NCBI GenBank assembly: GCA_030141605.1
Contig: JAQGDQ010000064.1
Coordinates: 610,116 to 674,115, forward strand
DNA from: Tubiluchus corallicola
Taxonomy: Eukaryota; Animalia; Priapulida
DNA: 64,000 bases
Direction: 5' to 3'
The notes beneath the pieces were generated by a model. The model had not been told where the DNA came from and searched no databases. It saw only the letters and a program-made list of their open reading frames with translations. Both the position numbers and the translations under genes were made by a program. Below, piece by piece: positions 1-15,000 of this stretch. The first letter of the stretch is position 1. Every line of letters starts with the position of its first letter.

Positions 1-6
1 TTCCAG

Positions 7-3000
7 GTTATAAAAACTTATATTTTCACGAACTTGTACGTGGTGCTGCGATACAACTTCCAAAACCCGTTATACCTGAGAGAGTATGTACATTTTTGTA
101 TTAATAAGTTTTATCACCCAAGATAATTCATGCAAAATGTATAACTTTAAGGATCAACATATTCATTTTGCACATTAGTTGTTTGTTTATTATTGAGTGG
201 GAAATTGACGTTGCCAAACGATCAGTCTTCAATGCAATGTTTCAATTTTTGTGTGTTATTCGTGCGTAATGTTTATTATTAGTTGAAATTGTTTATTATT
301 GAAGTAATAATACAGGAAGAATTAACACAAAAAATAAGTAGTTTGAATACTGTATCTGGCAAGTGGTGGCTAGAAAAAAACTGTTTGTCATGAGTTAACA
401 GAAAAGTTTTTGTGAATTATGAACAAGCAAAGTGCTGTCACGGGCTCTTTATACACGTATATGAGCATGTACATTATTGTTGAAAGTGCATACTAGGGTT
501 GTCACTTCATCACAAACCAAAACCAGGAGTCAGGAACCAGCTAGGGAGGTATGGAAACCGACATATGTTTCCTGTATTTTTGACATTTTAAGGCCTTTTT
601 CAGAATCAAGAAATGTAAAACACAGGCTAGTACAAGTTTATTGATTTTAGGCATTAAAATGCCCTAAAACTTGTAAGCAGTGCATCAACTTTTGGAGTTT
701 TTTACCAGTCCATGTACATTTCTCACATTTTTGACATTGGAGATAGCTTTTAGTGATTAAATTGTTAAGAACTTTATGTTACGTGAATTAAATCTAAAGC
801 AGAACATTACTGCACTTGTCACTGCAGAAAAAAATGGCAAATGTAGACAGTGTGAATTGGTGAAGCCTTACAAGAGATCGAACTTGTTTTTTAGGTTTAG
901 TGTTGTCTTAACAGAGATTTCGCTGGTTTAGTTTTACCTTATAATGCAAAGTTTCAATATGCCATATCCTATTTCGGTATTTTTTACTTAAACTTGAATG
1001 CAGTGATCGAAATTAGGAGATTTCAGAATTTTTAAAAATTTAACCAAACTATGGCACTATGGCTGAAGTTCAGGAGACTCCAAGCCAAATCAGGAGTGCT
1101 GGCAACTCTAGTGCATAGGTTGTAATCTTTTATTTATGCATAATCACAAATTACAGCTTACAGTTAGGCATTTTTGTTCTGGTTGCTTATTATTACATTT
1201 TTACAGAATCCGGAGTTAGAAGCAAGAATAAATCAATTGAAGGCAAAATTAGCAGAACGGGAGTACAAAGAGATGACAAAGAATGTAGATTCACAGTGGA
1301 GGGCCAATGAGAAGATTAGTTTGAGTAGTGAAGGTAACTGTTAATTGCTTTGTTTTTGACTGAGATTATAATTTTCCTGAGCAATGTGAAATACATATCT
1401 TTGATCCTCCTCGCCTCATGATAGGTGTTTGAGAAAACCTAATTTCTTATTGGCCATTCTGCATTTGGTTGTTACCATTGTTTTGAGCTGTTTGATTCAA
1501 ATTAATGTTTGCAAAAGTGTAAAATACTTAAATGGCCAATCACACTTTATTAGCTCATTGTTCCTGTACACAGCTACATTATAGTATAGGAAACTCAATA
1601 GTAAATTTTTTAAATTAAACACAGTTTGGAATATTTCAGTAAGAAAACTTTGAAAGTCACCATTTAGATCACAGAGATACTGTCTTCCTTTTATATGTGA
1701 CATTGTTCCTCCATTTAAACAATTACAGAAACAATTTGTTAAATTTTACCATAGCTGCTTGAATAGCGAAAATCTTATAGTTAATTTCAATTTCTTTGCA
1801 CATAATTCTGGATTTCACGTCTGTAGCGAGTACAAATTTTTTTACACAAATGAAAATGCTCTTTCTAAGGTTTTTTGTACATCGGATGTAAGCAGTTATG
1901 TTAGCGAAGAACAAATACAGAATGTAAATTTCATTAAAGATGTTATATGGGCTCTGGAGCGTAATCTTCTTGATTTTTTGACAGGAATGAATTGTTTGCC
2001 ATATTAACACATTTTACTTTCACTTAATTGTGTATTTTCACATTGCTTACTGATCTTGTTAATTAATGTTATTTTACTTATGTGTATATATACATACATC
2101 AGCAAAATAACATTAATTAACAAGATTAGTAAGCAATGTGAAAAAGAAAATACACAATATATATATACATATGCTTTTCCTTTTTCAGTACAGGGACTTA
2201 AAACTCAACTCATTGCTGTCTTCAACTTCGTATTGACAGTTGGATGTGCATTTGTTTTTGGATACAAAGCAGTTCAATACACTCTTCCTGTTCCTCACAT
2301 TCCAATTGTAAGTAGAAATTGGTTCTGAGTTATAACCGAATGATGAATATTTAAACCTGCCAAAAAGTTTCCTTTTATGCAATTTTTTACCAAAAATTTC
2401 CGAGCATTTTTCTGGGTATTTCGTAATGTTAGATTTGATTGGAGTGAATCATTTTAAATAACACAACATGTCAATGTATGGGCTGACTTTCGCAAGTGTA
2501 TTGCCTGTGGTAAAGATAATGATAAACCACAATTTGTGAAAATTTTTGGAAAATTGCATCCCATAAAATAATATGAGAAGGTGGTGTAACAAACTCATAG
2601 AATTTTCTTGTTAATAATAATTTAAAGGTACAAAAATTGTGTTGTGGTCCATAGCCCACAGTCTTTAAGCACCATAGCATTATTTTTAGCTTGTTATAAA
2701 TTCTTACTGAATATTAGGCTGATTGATGCAACTGTCAGTGTCGTAATGTGAGCCTGATGTCATTGTTTTCCGATGTTTTTGGTTTATTTACGAATTAAAA
2801 ATGGTGCCGTTTCCTGTTTACATTTTAAATTTCACTTCTAACTAAGTTTGCTTATATTCACATAGATTATTGTTATTCAAAGGAGTTTGGGTGCGACATC
2901 TATGATGCATTTTGCAGATTGATAGACAAAAGGAAGAGCAGAAAAAGGGCTTAGTAAACAGGTCGACAGTTTGCAAAAATAGAGGAGGCAAATGAGAAGG

Positions 3001-4771
3001 GAGGGGGAGGGTGAGAGAAAGAGGAGAAGGAAAAGACAGACTGATAGACAAAAAGTAGATAGATAAGAGCTTGGTTAACAGGCTGATAGTTTGCAAAACA
3101 GAGTAATTATTTATTAGAATATAAAAGAATTTTGAATGAAGTGTGCCAGCTAGTTTAGAAATTTGTGGTTGCATTTACTTGTTAGTGTTCAGATAATTCC
3201 ATTAGAAAAGTTTAATAAATAAAGATCAACACAGCATAAATAAAACAAGCCTTTTCACAGTTTCGCTATGTGCATGCGCAGTTGCTGTAGGTAAAAGGTT
3301 AAGTGAACCACAGCAACGTGTCTTAACTACAACCGCCACATGTGTGTGTAAAGCAACTGTTTGCCGCATCAGTTCAATAACTTCAATTACGACAACATTT
3401 CCTTGTTGTTTTACGTGCACTTCACTTAATTATGCATTAGTCTATGCGATGTAGAGTAATTTACTAGAAAGATCTTGCTTGGGACAGAAAAACCAGATTG
3501 TCAATGATGGTGTACGTCCCCTGAAGAAAAATTGTACAATATTGTGTAAAATTTGCAGTGTCAAGAACTGTTACATTATAATGGTTTCTGTAAGTTGCAT
3601 TTGTTTCAAAATTGATATAACAAGACTCCAAGAAGTTGTGAAGTGAAATTATTCTATTGCACATACTCTAATAACACAAAAAGGTCGTGAAACCTCTTTC
3701 AGAAATACACACAGGTCAGCAAATAACAGTGAAATGTACACTCGTTTGAAGTTCTTATCATTATTGCAAAAGTTATTATAAATACCAAAAATCTGAGACA
3801 AAGGACAAAAGGTTTTGGCAAAATAAAGAACTTTAATTTGATATATTACACATTATGTTTGAGAGATTCCCTACAGATGACCTTTAGGTGACTCAGGTGA
3901 GCCAACATGTGCTAGTGTCAAACCTGCCTCACCCCAAGCTTTATTTGATATATTAGTCAATATGATTGAGCCATTCCCTGTTGATGGCCTTTGGGTGACC
4001 CCGGGTGGGCCAAAATTTTGGCAGTGTCAAAACCTCTACCATTACAATGTGTTCTGTATGTTGCAGCTGTTTGGCCCGCAAAATTGTCAAAGAATATGTA
4101 CTTTATCTGTTATAGGAAGAAATGGTCATGTTTACCACGCTAGCAACCGTCAAACTATGACCTTGTACACTATAGCAACTGCTGGATTTTTAAAAGGCCA
4201 TACAATCTACTGTCCAAAATTGCTGTAAAAACATTTTGTTTACTACATAGTCATGTAGATTTTTAGCAAAATGTGTAAAATCCCACATAACTTAAACATT
4301 CATGATCCTCTGGGATCAGCTTATGTATAGGTTGCTACACACCAAAAATCTATGAACTGAGACAAAAGGTTTTGGCTAATTATAGAAAATTAAGTCAATT
4401 GTGGATGGCGCTCTATGCTCGACAGACGCTGCATGATATTAATAGGTACCCTTACCTAGGTCAGGGGACCTAGAAAACAACTAGGTAAGGTTCTAGCTAG
4501 CTGTTAAAACTGTTACTATTACATTACAGTGGGCTAGGAGGTATTGTCAAGTGTACATAAATGCATTGTCTGGTTCACTTAACCTTTGACCTTTTCACAA
4601 TCATCATCAATCGCTGAACTGTGAAAAGGCTTATTCTAATGGTTTATTAGTGTGATTAAAACAGTATAACATTAATATGTTTGTTTGTATTTCCAGCAAG
4701 TCTTTGTTGGCCTAACACTGGCACTAGTTGTAGCTTGTGCAGACCTCTACTTTATCATCAAGAGCTTGTGA
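7..4771 (+). CDS. TMEM199: TMEM199/VMA12 V-ATPase assembly factor, 3' part (5' exons lie before the window)
   Basis: Exons 7-83, 1207-1333, 2189-2307, 4697-4771, all GT-AG and in phase. They translate to YKNLYFHELVRGAAIQLPKPVIPER/NPELEARINQLKAKLAEREYKEMTKNV.../QLIAVFNFVLTVGCAFVFGY.../QVFVGLTLALVVACADLYFIIKSL*. This matches the Vma12 family motifs (LHEL, NPEL.AR...EY..T.NV, two TM helices). Confidence 0.9.
494..1110. mobile_element. hAT-type MITE in TMEM199 intron
   Basis: TIRs TAGGGTTGTCA / TGGCAACTCTA; 8-bp TSD GTGCATAC (486-493) / GTGCATAG (1111-1118); subterminal CAGGAG repeats. Confidence 0.75.
2921..3103. repeat. Degenerate ~120-bp direct duplication around a purine-rich (GA) tract
   Basis: GATAGACAAAA...GCTT.GT.AACAGG..GA.AGTTTGCAAAA occurs twice with a polypurine stretch between. 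Confidence 0.55.
3670..4496 (-). mobile_element. Candidate Helentron/HINE-like non-autonomous element
   Basis: One end has the inverted repeat CCTTACCTAG...CTAGGTAAGG followed by CTAG. The other end has a small hairpin AGGT-CGTGAA-ACCT next to an A-run. Internal ~105-bp repeats (GATG.CCTTT.GGTGAC...AGTGTCAAA) and a duplicated GACAAAAGGTTTTGGC. Boundaries approximate. Confidence 0.35.
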
Positions 4772-5165
4772 CGAACTGTGTAATTTAATGTATAGACCAT
4801 GAAGCAGTTACATATAATGACTTAAAGAGTTCCACTTACGTGACTCAAAACAAGTGCCCAGAATGCTTTCATCATGGAAACAATATGAACTGTAACAGGA
4901 CATGTAAGGTTTATCCAATAATTGTACTGAATGGGGTGTAAAGATACATTATAATGTAATTATTAAATATTTCTTTATTTCTGTAGATTTAAACATCATT
5001 TATTTATTTATAAAACTGTTAACAGTTTTGCAACTTACTGTACAACTATATTACAATATAATATGATTATATTTACATAGAACATGATTGTATTAGAATA
5101 TATGTACAAGCTTTACTAACCTATTGCTGAAATGCTGTACAAAATAAAATGTGTCATTGCACATG

Positions 5166-8100
5166 TCAGAAGAATTCATGAGCTTTCTGTCGTTTTGGTA
5201 AGTTTAATAAGTTGTCTGTTATTGAATCAGCTGGCGTTTTTACGCTTCGTTTACCACTGTCAGGTGTTGGTGTCATGGAACTTTTACTGTTTCCTAAAGC
5301 TGGGGTTTTGTCACACGCATTACGATAAGGTGATGGTGTGTAACTGGCCTTCAGTTCCTTATCTGTGTTCACTTTTATACCAAGCTTTGTATTAGCAAGT
5401 CTCTGCGCTGCTGGCGACATATAATCAAGGCGATCTGCACTGCGTTGGGAACCGAAACGTGGAGCAGGAGTAGTCAAGTTCTGCACCGCTTTTTTCATAG
5501 CTTTTTCTTTTCGAGAACGATAAGCTTTATTGTGTTTCTCAGCGAGTTCCAATGCTAGCCTGTCTCTCTGTGGCACTTCAGGTGGTTTGTAAGATGGTGC
5601 ACCAGGTGTTTTAGGAATGGGTGTATCACTTCCGTCCAGCCGAAATGGTGTGCCCTCTATTTCACCCCACGTCATCAGTGGTGAATCATTTACTCCAGGA
5701 GCAGGTGATGGTGTCGCAACAAACTTATAGCCTGCAATCTGAGGTGATTCTGGAGGAATTACGTCTTTACCGTCAGCTCCAACTTTACCCTGAAGTGTTT
5801 GAGCTCGTGCAGCAGCAGCCTGTGCTAATGCTTCCCGACTCACAGCTTCGTTGAAAGGATCGGAACTAAATCGAGTATTTTCGTGTTTAATTTCCCGTAC
5901 TTTTGGCTTCTTGAAGACTTTATCTTCGGGAGTTTCTTCAACACCTACAGCAAACACAGATTATCACTGATAAAGTGGCTAAGAAGAAAAACGAGCAATT
6001 ACTTGATTTTTAAAATACCCAATTTTCAATACTTACTGCTTCAAAATTGAAAGAGGTCAAAATAACCTACTCTTTAAAATATTTAAAGGAAACATACTAT
6101 TTTTTCAAGAATGCCTTACGGGAAAGAATTATATCCAACAAACGCTATTTCACGTACCTGTGGTTAATTCTCACTGTTACATGCATTTGGCCATTTGTAC
6201 AAGCGAACGTATTCCGGAAACGTGTTGCACAGAAAACAGGTGCTGTACCTTTCGGTTCAAAGGTGTTCGTTTGTGATGTAGTGCACACATTCAAGAGCTG
6301 ATGTGTGAACACAGCTGTGAGAATTGCAGGTCCTATTAGGGATCTATGGCCACTGATATTGACAGACTGATAGATTCATTAATGCTGTCTCTTTAATGCA
6401 CGTCTGGTAAAATTCATGTTTCCTATTAACTCATATTAGCTCATGAGTTTTAGTGGGTTCTGTGCATGTAAACAATATACCACGTGCCCTGTATTTTAGT
6501 TGATTTGGTATAACATTTTCTTCAGTTCCTAGAGATATCATTAAGCAAAATTGCCAAAAAGTGACAAGAAAACATAATTACAGAAAATAAATAGTGGTAA
6601 TAACTCACCATCAGGAACGTACATGAGGCTGTTTCGATTTTTATATGCCCACGTATCAATGACTTTTGGCTTATTGTCTATAGCAAATTGTTCAGCTCCT
6701 GGTAGTGCCAGTGCTTGTGCTTGCAATTCTTCATGTTCTTTTTCCTACCAAGCAACAAAGAATATAGCAATCATACAAAGCATTTACATTAGCAGCTTGG
6801 CTCAAGACTGGTTTTCCAATATGATATCTAATTATTCTTCGGATAGTGATCGCTGGCGAGCACCAGACAATTTTGTGCTATTAGTTATTCATAATTTAAA
6901 TTTCAAGATATTAAGTTTGAAATGAAACGTGTCCAAAACAAAGGAAATGTGAAAAAGTCGGGACAGAGCCTTCATTTAAGTCACGTGCCTAATTTAGTTC
7001 TTACGGGTCACCTTGTTCTAATAAACTGGTAAATTGATTCTAAAAGCTTTTCTCAAATGCCAAATTAATCAAATGAAACAAAGATACTGAACAGCAGAGT
7101 GTGGAATACTGGTTGGAAGTAATAAGCACCCACATTTCTATTCTGCCACTAAAAAATTATCCAAATATTTATAGCAGTTTCCGATAAATACAACATTGAA
7201 GTGCCAATAATGTTGCCTAAGCATACAATCACTTACATGGGCTGGAATTTATTTTATTGAGCTGTTATGCACTGAAGCGGCTTGCATGCACTGCTTTGGC
7301 AAAAGCTTTTATATAATGGAATACTACAGTTTTCAATAAAATATCACACACCTTGTCGTACAACCAGCCCCATTTAATCATGTGTTGTTTCTGTGTTTCT
7401 TCCATGATTTCAGCAAAAGCAGCATTATCTTCACTCGTGTTTCTACTCAAGTATGCATCCAGTGGTAAATCAACGTCATATTTCACTGTAAAAAATATGC
7501 AGAATAAATAGTCTAATTAAATCGTATACGTGATTAATTAATGGTCACTGATAATGACAATATGGAAAGAAATTTTGTGCAACCTTATGCAAGTCACAAG
7601 CATGAACATGTACAGTATAAGTATTTCACGGTCTAACGGAAAATCCCTTGTCCATCTCAATAAAGTAATAGTAAGCAATATTTTGCTTTAAACTTATTTA
7701 AATTTAATTGATACAGCTCGGACAGTACTTATTTTGTAGGTCACCAATGAATTCTCCTTCTAGAAGCAGTTGAGCAAGAAATAAGTTAAAATACATTGCT
7801 ACTATCTTTTGATATTAAATCAAAAACTAGAATGAGGGTGTTTGTTACAAGTGACTGTAGGGACTAAACAAGACTTCTAAAAGCGTATATAGCTATAGAT
7901 ATCCTCCAATTTGAGACTAGACGAAAAGCTACCCGAATTTTAGTCAGGTTATTTCCGATGACTCCGGATGTGTTGTGGTTGTGTGCAGTGTGGATATGGT
8001 GTGTTGCGTTAATGGATCCAAGACTATGGTTGTTTTGATTATGCTTTGCACAACATCGTCTTATATTTTTTTCAACAACGTTCCTTGCTAGCATCCATGG

Positions 8101-10570
8101 CACACAGTGGTAGGCAAAACCTTCATATTGATCATGACTATACAATTTCACTGTTTACTTTTACTCGTGTATAAAATGTATATATTTATTTTTGTGCCTA
8201 ATAAATAACAATGATAATAATAGTAACGCTGTCATTACACTATTTATTAACGAAAATAAACTGTCAGAAAGTCTCTAACAAACAGAAACCAATGAAAATA
8301 CTGATTTGAAACATGAACTAAAAGTATGAAATTTGCAATGAAATGAGAAAGCGTGGACAATATCACATACCCTTCCGTTTGGGGGAACTCTCACTTCCCA
8401 TTGGTTGCGTTTCAGTTTCTTTTTCATTATGCTTTTCTGCGTTATCTTCTGATTCACCTGCTATTCTAGATGGTGTTTTGCTAGTACGACTTTCAGGAGT
8501 TTCAAATGTTGCTGGAGTCGAATCTATAAACATTCAAAGACGTTAATTGCCAAATAATGACAAGAACATACCGATACAACAGCAATAGTTAAAATGGTTA
8601 ACTCCTTCAGGACTTTAAAAGTTTGCTGCACTTTGCACAGGTTCAGGAAAAACTGCTCTCACCAATCACCGATTACATCATATTTGATAATTTTTGTAGG
8701 TTTCTACTCCTCACACAATGGGCTTTCATGCAAATTTATATATGAAATACATCTGCTTACTGTAGACAAATTAACATTTTACATGAAAAGATTGAAAAAA
8801 AGCTTTCAGTAACTGCAGTGTTTGCATCACAACAATGCATAAAATCGGCTAATGCAGAAAATTTGAACTGTCCAGACACAACACTCTGACACACTTTAGC
8901 CTCAAGTCTCCTTTATATTTTTAAGGAGAAGTTCCTGTTAAAAGATGAGACGACTTTAAATTGTCCTTGATCAGTTCGTTTTTCCTGGAATAGCGGAGAA
9001 CTCTGTTTAGCAGACAGTTCTCTTGGGCTGTAGCAAGCAGGCGATCAATAAAGTAGTGAGCAGAAAAGTCATAGGTCCTATAAGACTTATTTTGCGCGGT
9101 GCGACTCTGAAGGAGTTAAATAGCAGTTTGGACAATTTACACCAGTACACGTACATTTCTTAAAAGTTCTCATTGGCAATGACAAAAGTATGTTTATGCT
9201 GGTTGTTTTATTGATATCCTGAGTATCAGGTAGATAACAAGTCAAACCATTTAAATACCAATTAAGTAATGGTAAAAGGTTTTACAAATACAATAATTTG
9301 TTTACTAGTTTACAAACACAATAACAGCATAGTCCTATGGTGTTTTTAATTTTATTATACAATTACTTATAATTGAAATACTAAAAAAAATAATTGTAGC
9401 AGATTAGCTTTGTAAAGCCCAGAAAAATTCTAAGCCCGTTTGAAGAATGTAGAACTGCTGTGCTGCACACATTTCTGTAAACAGGTGTAAACCCCCAACA
9501 ACTTATGATGTTACATTTTGTTTTTATTGGACATAGTATACTGTCACAGTTCCACCACAAGTGCATCATGGCTCTCCCAGAATTCTTTTCGCATGGCAAG
9601 CAAAGTAATGTTGCCTATTGTTAACTGCTGTGGTTGCCTTTTAACTTTTGCAGTTTGATACCACTGAGTCGCCTATAGTTATGATCCTGCTGCAATTAGG
9701 CTCATTAAAATTTATCATGGAAACATGACATGGTTTACATTTGTTGGGTTATTAGGACATGCTAAAAAAGTACTTACATAGGTCAGTTGTAGGACGTCGT
9801 CCACCGGTATAAGGCCGGTACTTTGCTTGAAGTTCTCTTAGTTTTTCCACATCATTTTGCTCTACAGCCTGTAGGTATTCGGTCTGAGCTTTCACTTTTG
9901 GAACATCAGGATAAAAATCTCTTTGTATTATTTTTTCCAAATCCTGTAAAAGTTACCAGCATTGTTTAACTACTTTATACTTATTAATAACAGTGAAAAT
10001 TTTTCAAAACATAATCAAATGCAGTGTTATCAACATTTGTGAATACTGAAATTTGTACAACACATGCAAGCTTGTGAGAGGTTAGGTGATAGGAACTACA
10101 AAGAAGTATAATTATAAATGTTCTATGTCAGTCTAGTTTTTTAAAATATACTTTATATACATACATAAAATTAAAAGAGAGCTACAGCAGTTGGCTTTCA
10201 AGAAAACATCAAAGCAGCTAAAACTCAAATAGGTAAATTATGATAGCCTTATAGTAATACACAAATTCAATTACACACAATTATGGCTATACAGTAGTCA
10301 AAGGTAAAGCACATACTATAATTACTTGTATAGCAGTAGCATACACAAAATTTGCATCCACATTTCACACAAACCTTAATATTGTAATAATTAGGAAGTT
10401 ACCTCCGTGTACGTGTCTTCTGCTAAGACAACTTTTGCATTACGTTTTGCATTTAAATTTTTTCTCTGAGGAAGCTTCTCGTATAATTCTAACTGAGAAT
10501 TCAATGCTTCCTGCCCAACACTGGAGCTGTGACTGCTATTTGATAATGATACGGCACTGCCTTCAGACAT
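5166..10570 (-). CDS. ESS2: Splicing factor ESS-2 / DGCR14, 511 aa
   Basis: Exons 10570-10403, 9943-9778, 8523-8371, 7485-7352, 6744-6609, 5944-5166 (1536 nt, in phase, GT-AG). Motifs IIQRDFYPDV, STPATFETP, LDAYLSRNTSEDN, WAYKNRNSLMYVPDG, SPLMTWGEIEGTPFRLDG and the C-terminal SITDNLLNLP..KAHEFF. Confidence 0.95.
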
Positions 10571-10699
10571 GATTACACTAATAATACTATCTGAAATCAA
10601 AAAAAGAATACTTTTAGTGAAAATGTATTTGTTAATAACCTACAGATTACTACTTTCTTTATTTGTTACCTACTGTATTTTCTTTAACTTGTTTTTGCC

Positions 10700-11960
10700 A
10701 TGCTGACTTTTTAACTTGAAATAAATAATGACTTTGTACTGCCAGGTTACATTTTTCCCAACCATTCAATGATTTCTGTACAACTACATTTTATTCCTTT
10801 TTTCCACATCTCTTTTATTACCCTTCGAGCATCTTTTGAATTCCCTAAATTATGAAATGCATTAGTCTTTTATAAACAATTCTTTGTTGTATTGGGCACA
10901 CCCCCGTTTCAATATCTATTCCCCAATAGCTCACTGATTCTTTCTGATAGCTCACAGAAAATTCTTTGCAGCATTTGTTTCTACTGAATCACTTGATAGA
11001 TTTTTTTTTGTTTTCCAGCAATGACTTTTAGTATTTGAGATTTTTAATAAATACTAAATAATAGAATACTTTTAATAAATTTTTTCTATTTTTCAAAATA
11101 TTTGCAGACACGCTTTACCCTGTTTATTTATTCATGAATTATTTCCCATCCCTGCTATATCATCAACGTACATGCTAGCATTTAATCTCAAATTTGACCC
11201 TATCACAACACTTACATTTTCACCAACACTGTTTATTCTATTTGTCGTGGCACTGCAAATTGTCCCTTGATGTACAACTTCACCTAAATCTAAACACTGT
11301 GATTCTCCTATTGGTGTTTCAATCTTTGCCTTACCTTCCTTGGTTCTTTCGTAAATTTTCTTTATTTCTTTTGGTGATACCCTTTTCATCCACAAGTTCA
11401 TACCCAATAGTCTCTTAGTATAATCTATCTCAATATTTTTTGTATCTAAAAACAGTATTCTAAGTTCTTTCCCTACCTCTATTTGTAGTACTCGGTTAAC
11501 CTATAAGTTGTAAATATTAGGTCAACTGTTTCTCTGTTTTTCCTCCCTCAACACTGACTTTCTATAATTCCATTTTCTAATAGACATCCATTTCTTTTCA
11601 GTAAGATTCTTTCATACAAGGTCATTAGGCCTAATCCTCTTTCAAGTAATACCTATATTTATATTGTATTTCTGTGAAATCACTAATAGTTTTTCCACCT
11701 TTTTCTTTTATTACGCTCTTTTCCTCCTTTTTAATGCATATCATTTGCCTCCTAAATTTTACCGTTCCTCCTCTTTTCCCCATTGTACGAACTTTTTTTA
11801 ATTTAGCCACCACTTCTTTGTCCCACTTATCATATTTTGCTTGAAATCTTCCTTCACTTTCCCATACTGCTGTAAATTCTCCTTTATCTGTTAACTGTTT
11901 GAAACAATGTGCATCTTTCTCTCTACGCTCATATTTCTTTTTCTCATTTTCCATTATCAG
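10700..11960 (-). mobile_element. Highly degenerate non-LTR retrotransposon (RT relic)
   Basis: ORF 11132-11407 has ETPIGES...GEVVHQGT...MYVDDI (RT domains 4-5); lysine-rich fragments upstream; many stops. Boundaries approximate. Confidence 0.7.
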
Positions 11961-12089
11961 CTATGAACGTTTGTACATATTCCTTAGTTGTAATTTTTGG
12001 TCTTCGTTCTTGTACTTTGTAATGCATTTATGCACCTATCCCACGCAAAGCATTTCAGCTGAGGAATTCTGACGCTTCCTTCATGTGAA

Positions 12090-15000
12090 ATGTGCCTAAG
12101 AGTTAGAGTAAGGCAGAGTAAGTCTACGATAAAACTGAAATGTACAATACGCAAACTAGAAAAAAAAACTGCATCTGAAAAATCTGTGAATGACCTTGAA
12201 CAATACGAGAGGCGTGACATGCTAGAAATTACAGGTATCCCTTTTATTGAGCATGAATCTACTAACACCATTGTCAAAAGGCTTTGTGATATCATTGGTA
12301 TACACATAGCTCCTGAAGATATTGCTACTTTGCATCGATTGCAAAAGACAAGATCTGGTAGCGCTCCAGCAATTATCATCAAGTTCAGACGACGCGACAT
12401 CCGTGACAAAGTATATGCAGCCAGGAAACAAATCAACTCTGCTCATGACCTAGGCTTTTCAACAGTAAGCAAAATTTATATAAATGAAAACCTAACAAAG
12501 CAAAATAGATCCTTGCTATACCATGCACGACAGAGCAAAAAGCAATTGCGGTACAAATATGTATGGTCTCGATATGGTCGCATCTATTTAAAGAGGTCTG
12601 ACTCTGATGATTCTGAAGCACTACCAATTGACTCTCTTCAAGTTCTGCTAAGAATGGGATATAACCCAGCCATGTCATCGCAGACCAATTCTCATCTTTA
12701 ACCTTAATGTTGCACTTTTCAGTTATTTAATATATGGCATCTTATCCATGTACAGTCTGCTCTAAAGTCTGTAGGTCGAATCAGAATGCTATTTATTGTG
12801 ACAACTGTCAGAATTGGTGCCATCTGAAGTGCACATGCCTATCATTACAACAGTTTCAAAATTTAGCTAATTCTAGTGATACATACTTTTGCGTGCCTTG
12901 CATTAATTCGATATTACCACTTCAGATGGCAGACGATGATGACTTTTATGATTTTGTCCATTTTAGTTACTGCAATAGTGAAATTGAACAATTACTGTCA
13001 CTCAATTGTACAGCTAGTTTGTCCTCGTTTGATGATGATGATGACAAAGATCCCGACATTAATCATAATACTCTGTATGATAGCAAATACTATAAACTCA
13101 CCACGCTGCAGTCATCAGCCTTTTAGGATTTTAGCTTCATACATATTAATCCCAATAGCCTTCACAAACACTATCATGACATAACAGATGTGCTTCAGCA
13201 TTTTAAGAGGCCACCCGACATAATAGCGGTGTCGGAAACTCGAGTTAACGATAAAAATATTTTTTTATGTAATATACCCAATTACACTTTTTTACATACT
13301 GATTCTAATACAAGAGCAGGTGGGGTTGGACTTTACGTATCTAATCAGCTAAATTATGCTAAAATCACAAAATACTCTATCCAAAATGCTAATTCATCTC
13401 TTGCTTTTCAATCCAACATGCAGTGCGAAAATCTCTGGATACAGATAGAAACTAATATACATTCTAAGCATATTATCTTTGGTGTTGTTTACTGTCATCC
13501 AAATACTAACATTAGTCACTTTCATGAGGCAATGGATAACATTTTGTCCGACATTAATAAAACTGGCAAAATCAGTTATGTATGCGGTGATTTCAATCTT
13601 AACCTGCTTCACCATGAAACTAAATCATATATATCCGAATATCTCAATATGGTATTCTGCAATCAATTCACACCCATTATAACACGACCAACGAGACTTA
13701 CTCACACATCCAAAACACTTGTAGATCACATCTACACAAATAACCTAAAAGACTACATCATTCCAGGCATTATACTTTACCAAATCGCTGACCACTTGCC
13801 TATCTTTTGCATTGTCAAAAATTCAATTAGTAAACGTGCGAACTCAAAAGTAACAATCCGTGACAAGAGTAAATTCAATCAAGACGCTTTCTTGAACGAC
13901 TTAACTTATAAACTAAACAACGAATTTTTTGTGACAATGTCAATAAACGAAGCATTTGAAAAATTCATGAATATAATTACAGAAACTGTTAACTACCATG
14001 CACCGTATAAAACCTTGTCGAGAAAACAAACTAAGACATTTTACAAACCCTGGTTAACTCAAGGTATCCTAACTTCTATCAGAAAAAAAGTCAATTATAC
14101 AAAACTCATAAATTATCCGACAGCTTATATAAAAATGAATATTATCGTACTTATTGTAATAAACTAAATCGAATAAAAGAACAGTCAAAACGTAACTATT
14201 ACTCAAAAGTGCTCCAAGGAAATAAAAATAATATGTGATTAACATGGAAAACCATAAATGAAATTACAAACTGTAAAGTGAAAAACCATTTTCAACCTAA
14301 CAAGTTAACACAATATGATAATGAGTACAATAACCATAAGGATATAAGTGAAATACTAAACCAGTTTTTTAGTAACATAGGTAGCAATATGGCGAGAAAG
14401 ATACCATACACTGAAGTAAAATTTGATTCTTTTTTGAAGAACCCAGTAAATAGCACATTTTTTATGTACCCTATATTAGAAAATGAAACATGTGCGGTAA
14501 TCAATAAGTTAATCATTAATAAATCTGCAGGTCCAGAGAATATTCCAATTTATTTTTATAAACTAGCTGTCAGCATTATTACACCATACTTAACGACACT
14601 TTATAATAAATCGATTACTGATGGCATATTTCCTAACATTTTAAAACTAGCAAAAATAATTCCAATTTATATCCAAGTCTGAATCACCCGAAAATCCCAC
14701 TAACTATAGACCTATTTCTTTACTCTCACCGGTTGCCAAAATATTTGAAAAACTCATCTTTATCCGCCTTGACAAATTCATTTCAACAAACAAAATACTA
14801 TCAGAACACCAATTTGGTTTCAGGAAAAATCACTCTACTGCCTTAGCTGTATCTGAACTAACCGATAGAATTCTTAATAATATCGACAAAAATGTATTTG
14901 TGTGTGGTATCTTCCTAGATCTTTCCAAGGCTTTTGACACTGTACAACATAATATATTACTGCAAAAAATGAAACATTATGGTATTAGAGGACTATCCCA

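Noticed and set aside
13124-13126. In-frame TAG between PHD and APE as programmed readthrough
   Set aside because: The same copy has another stop and two frameshifts, so simple decay explains it.
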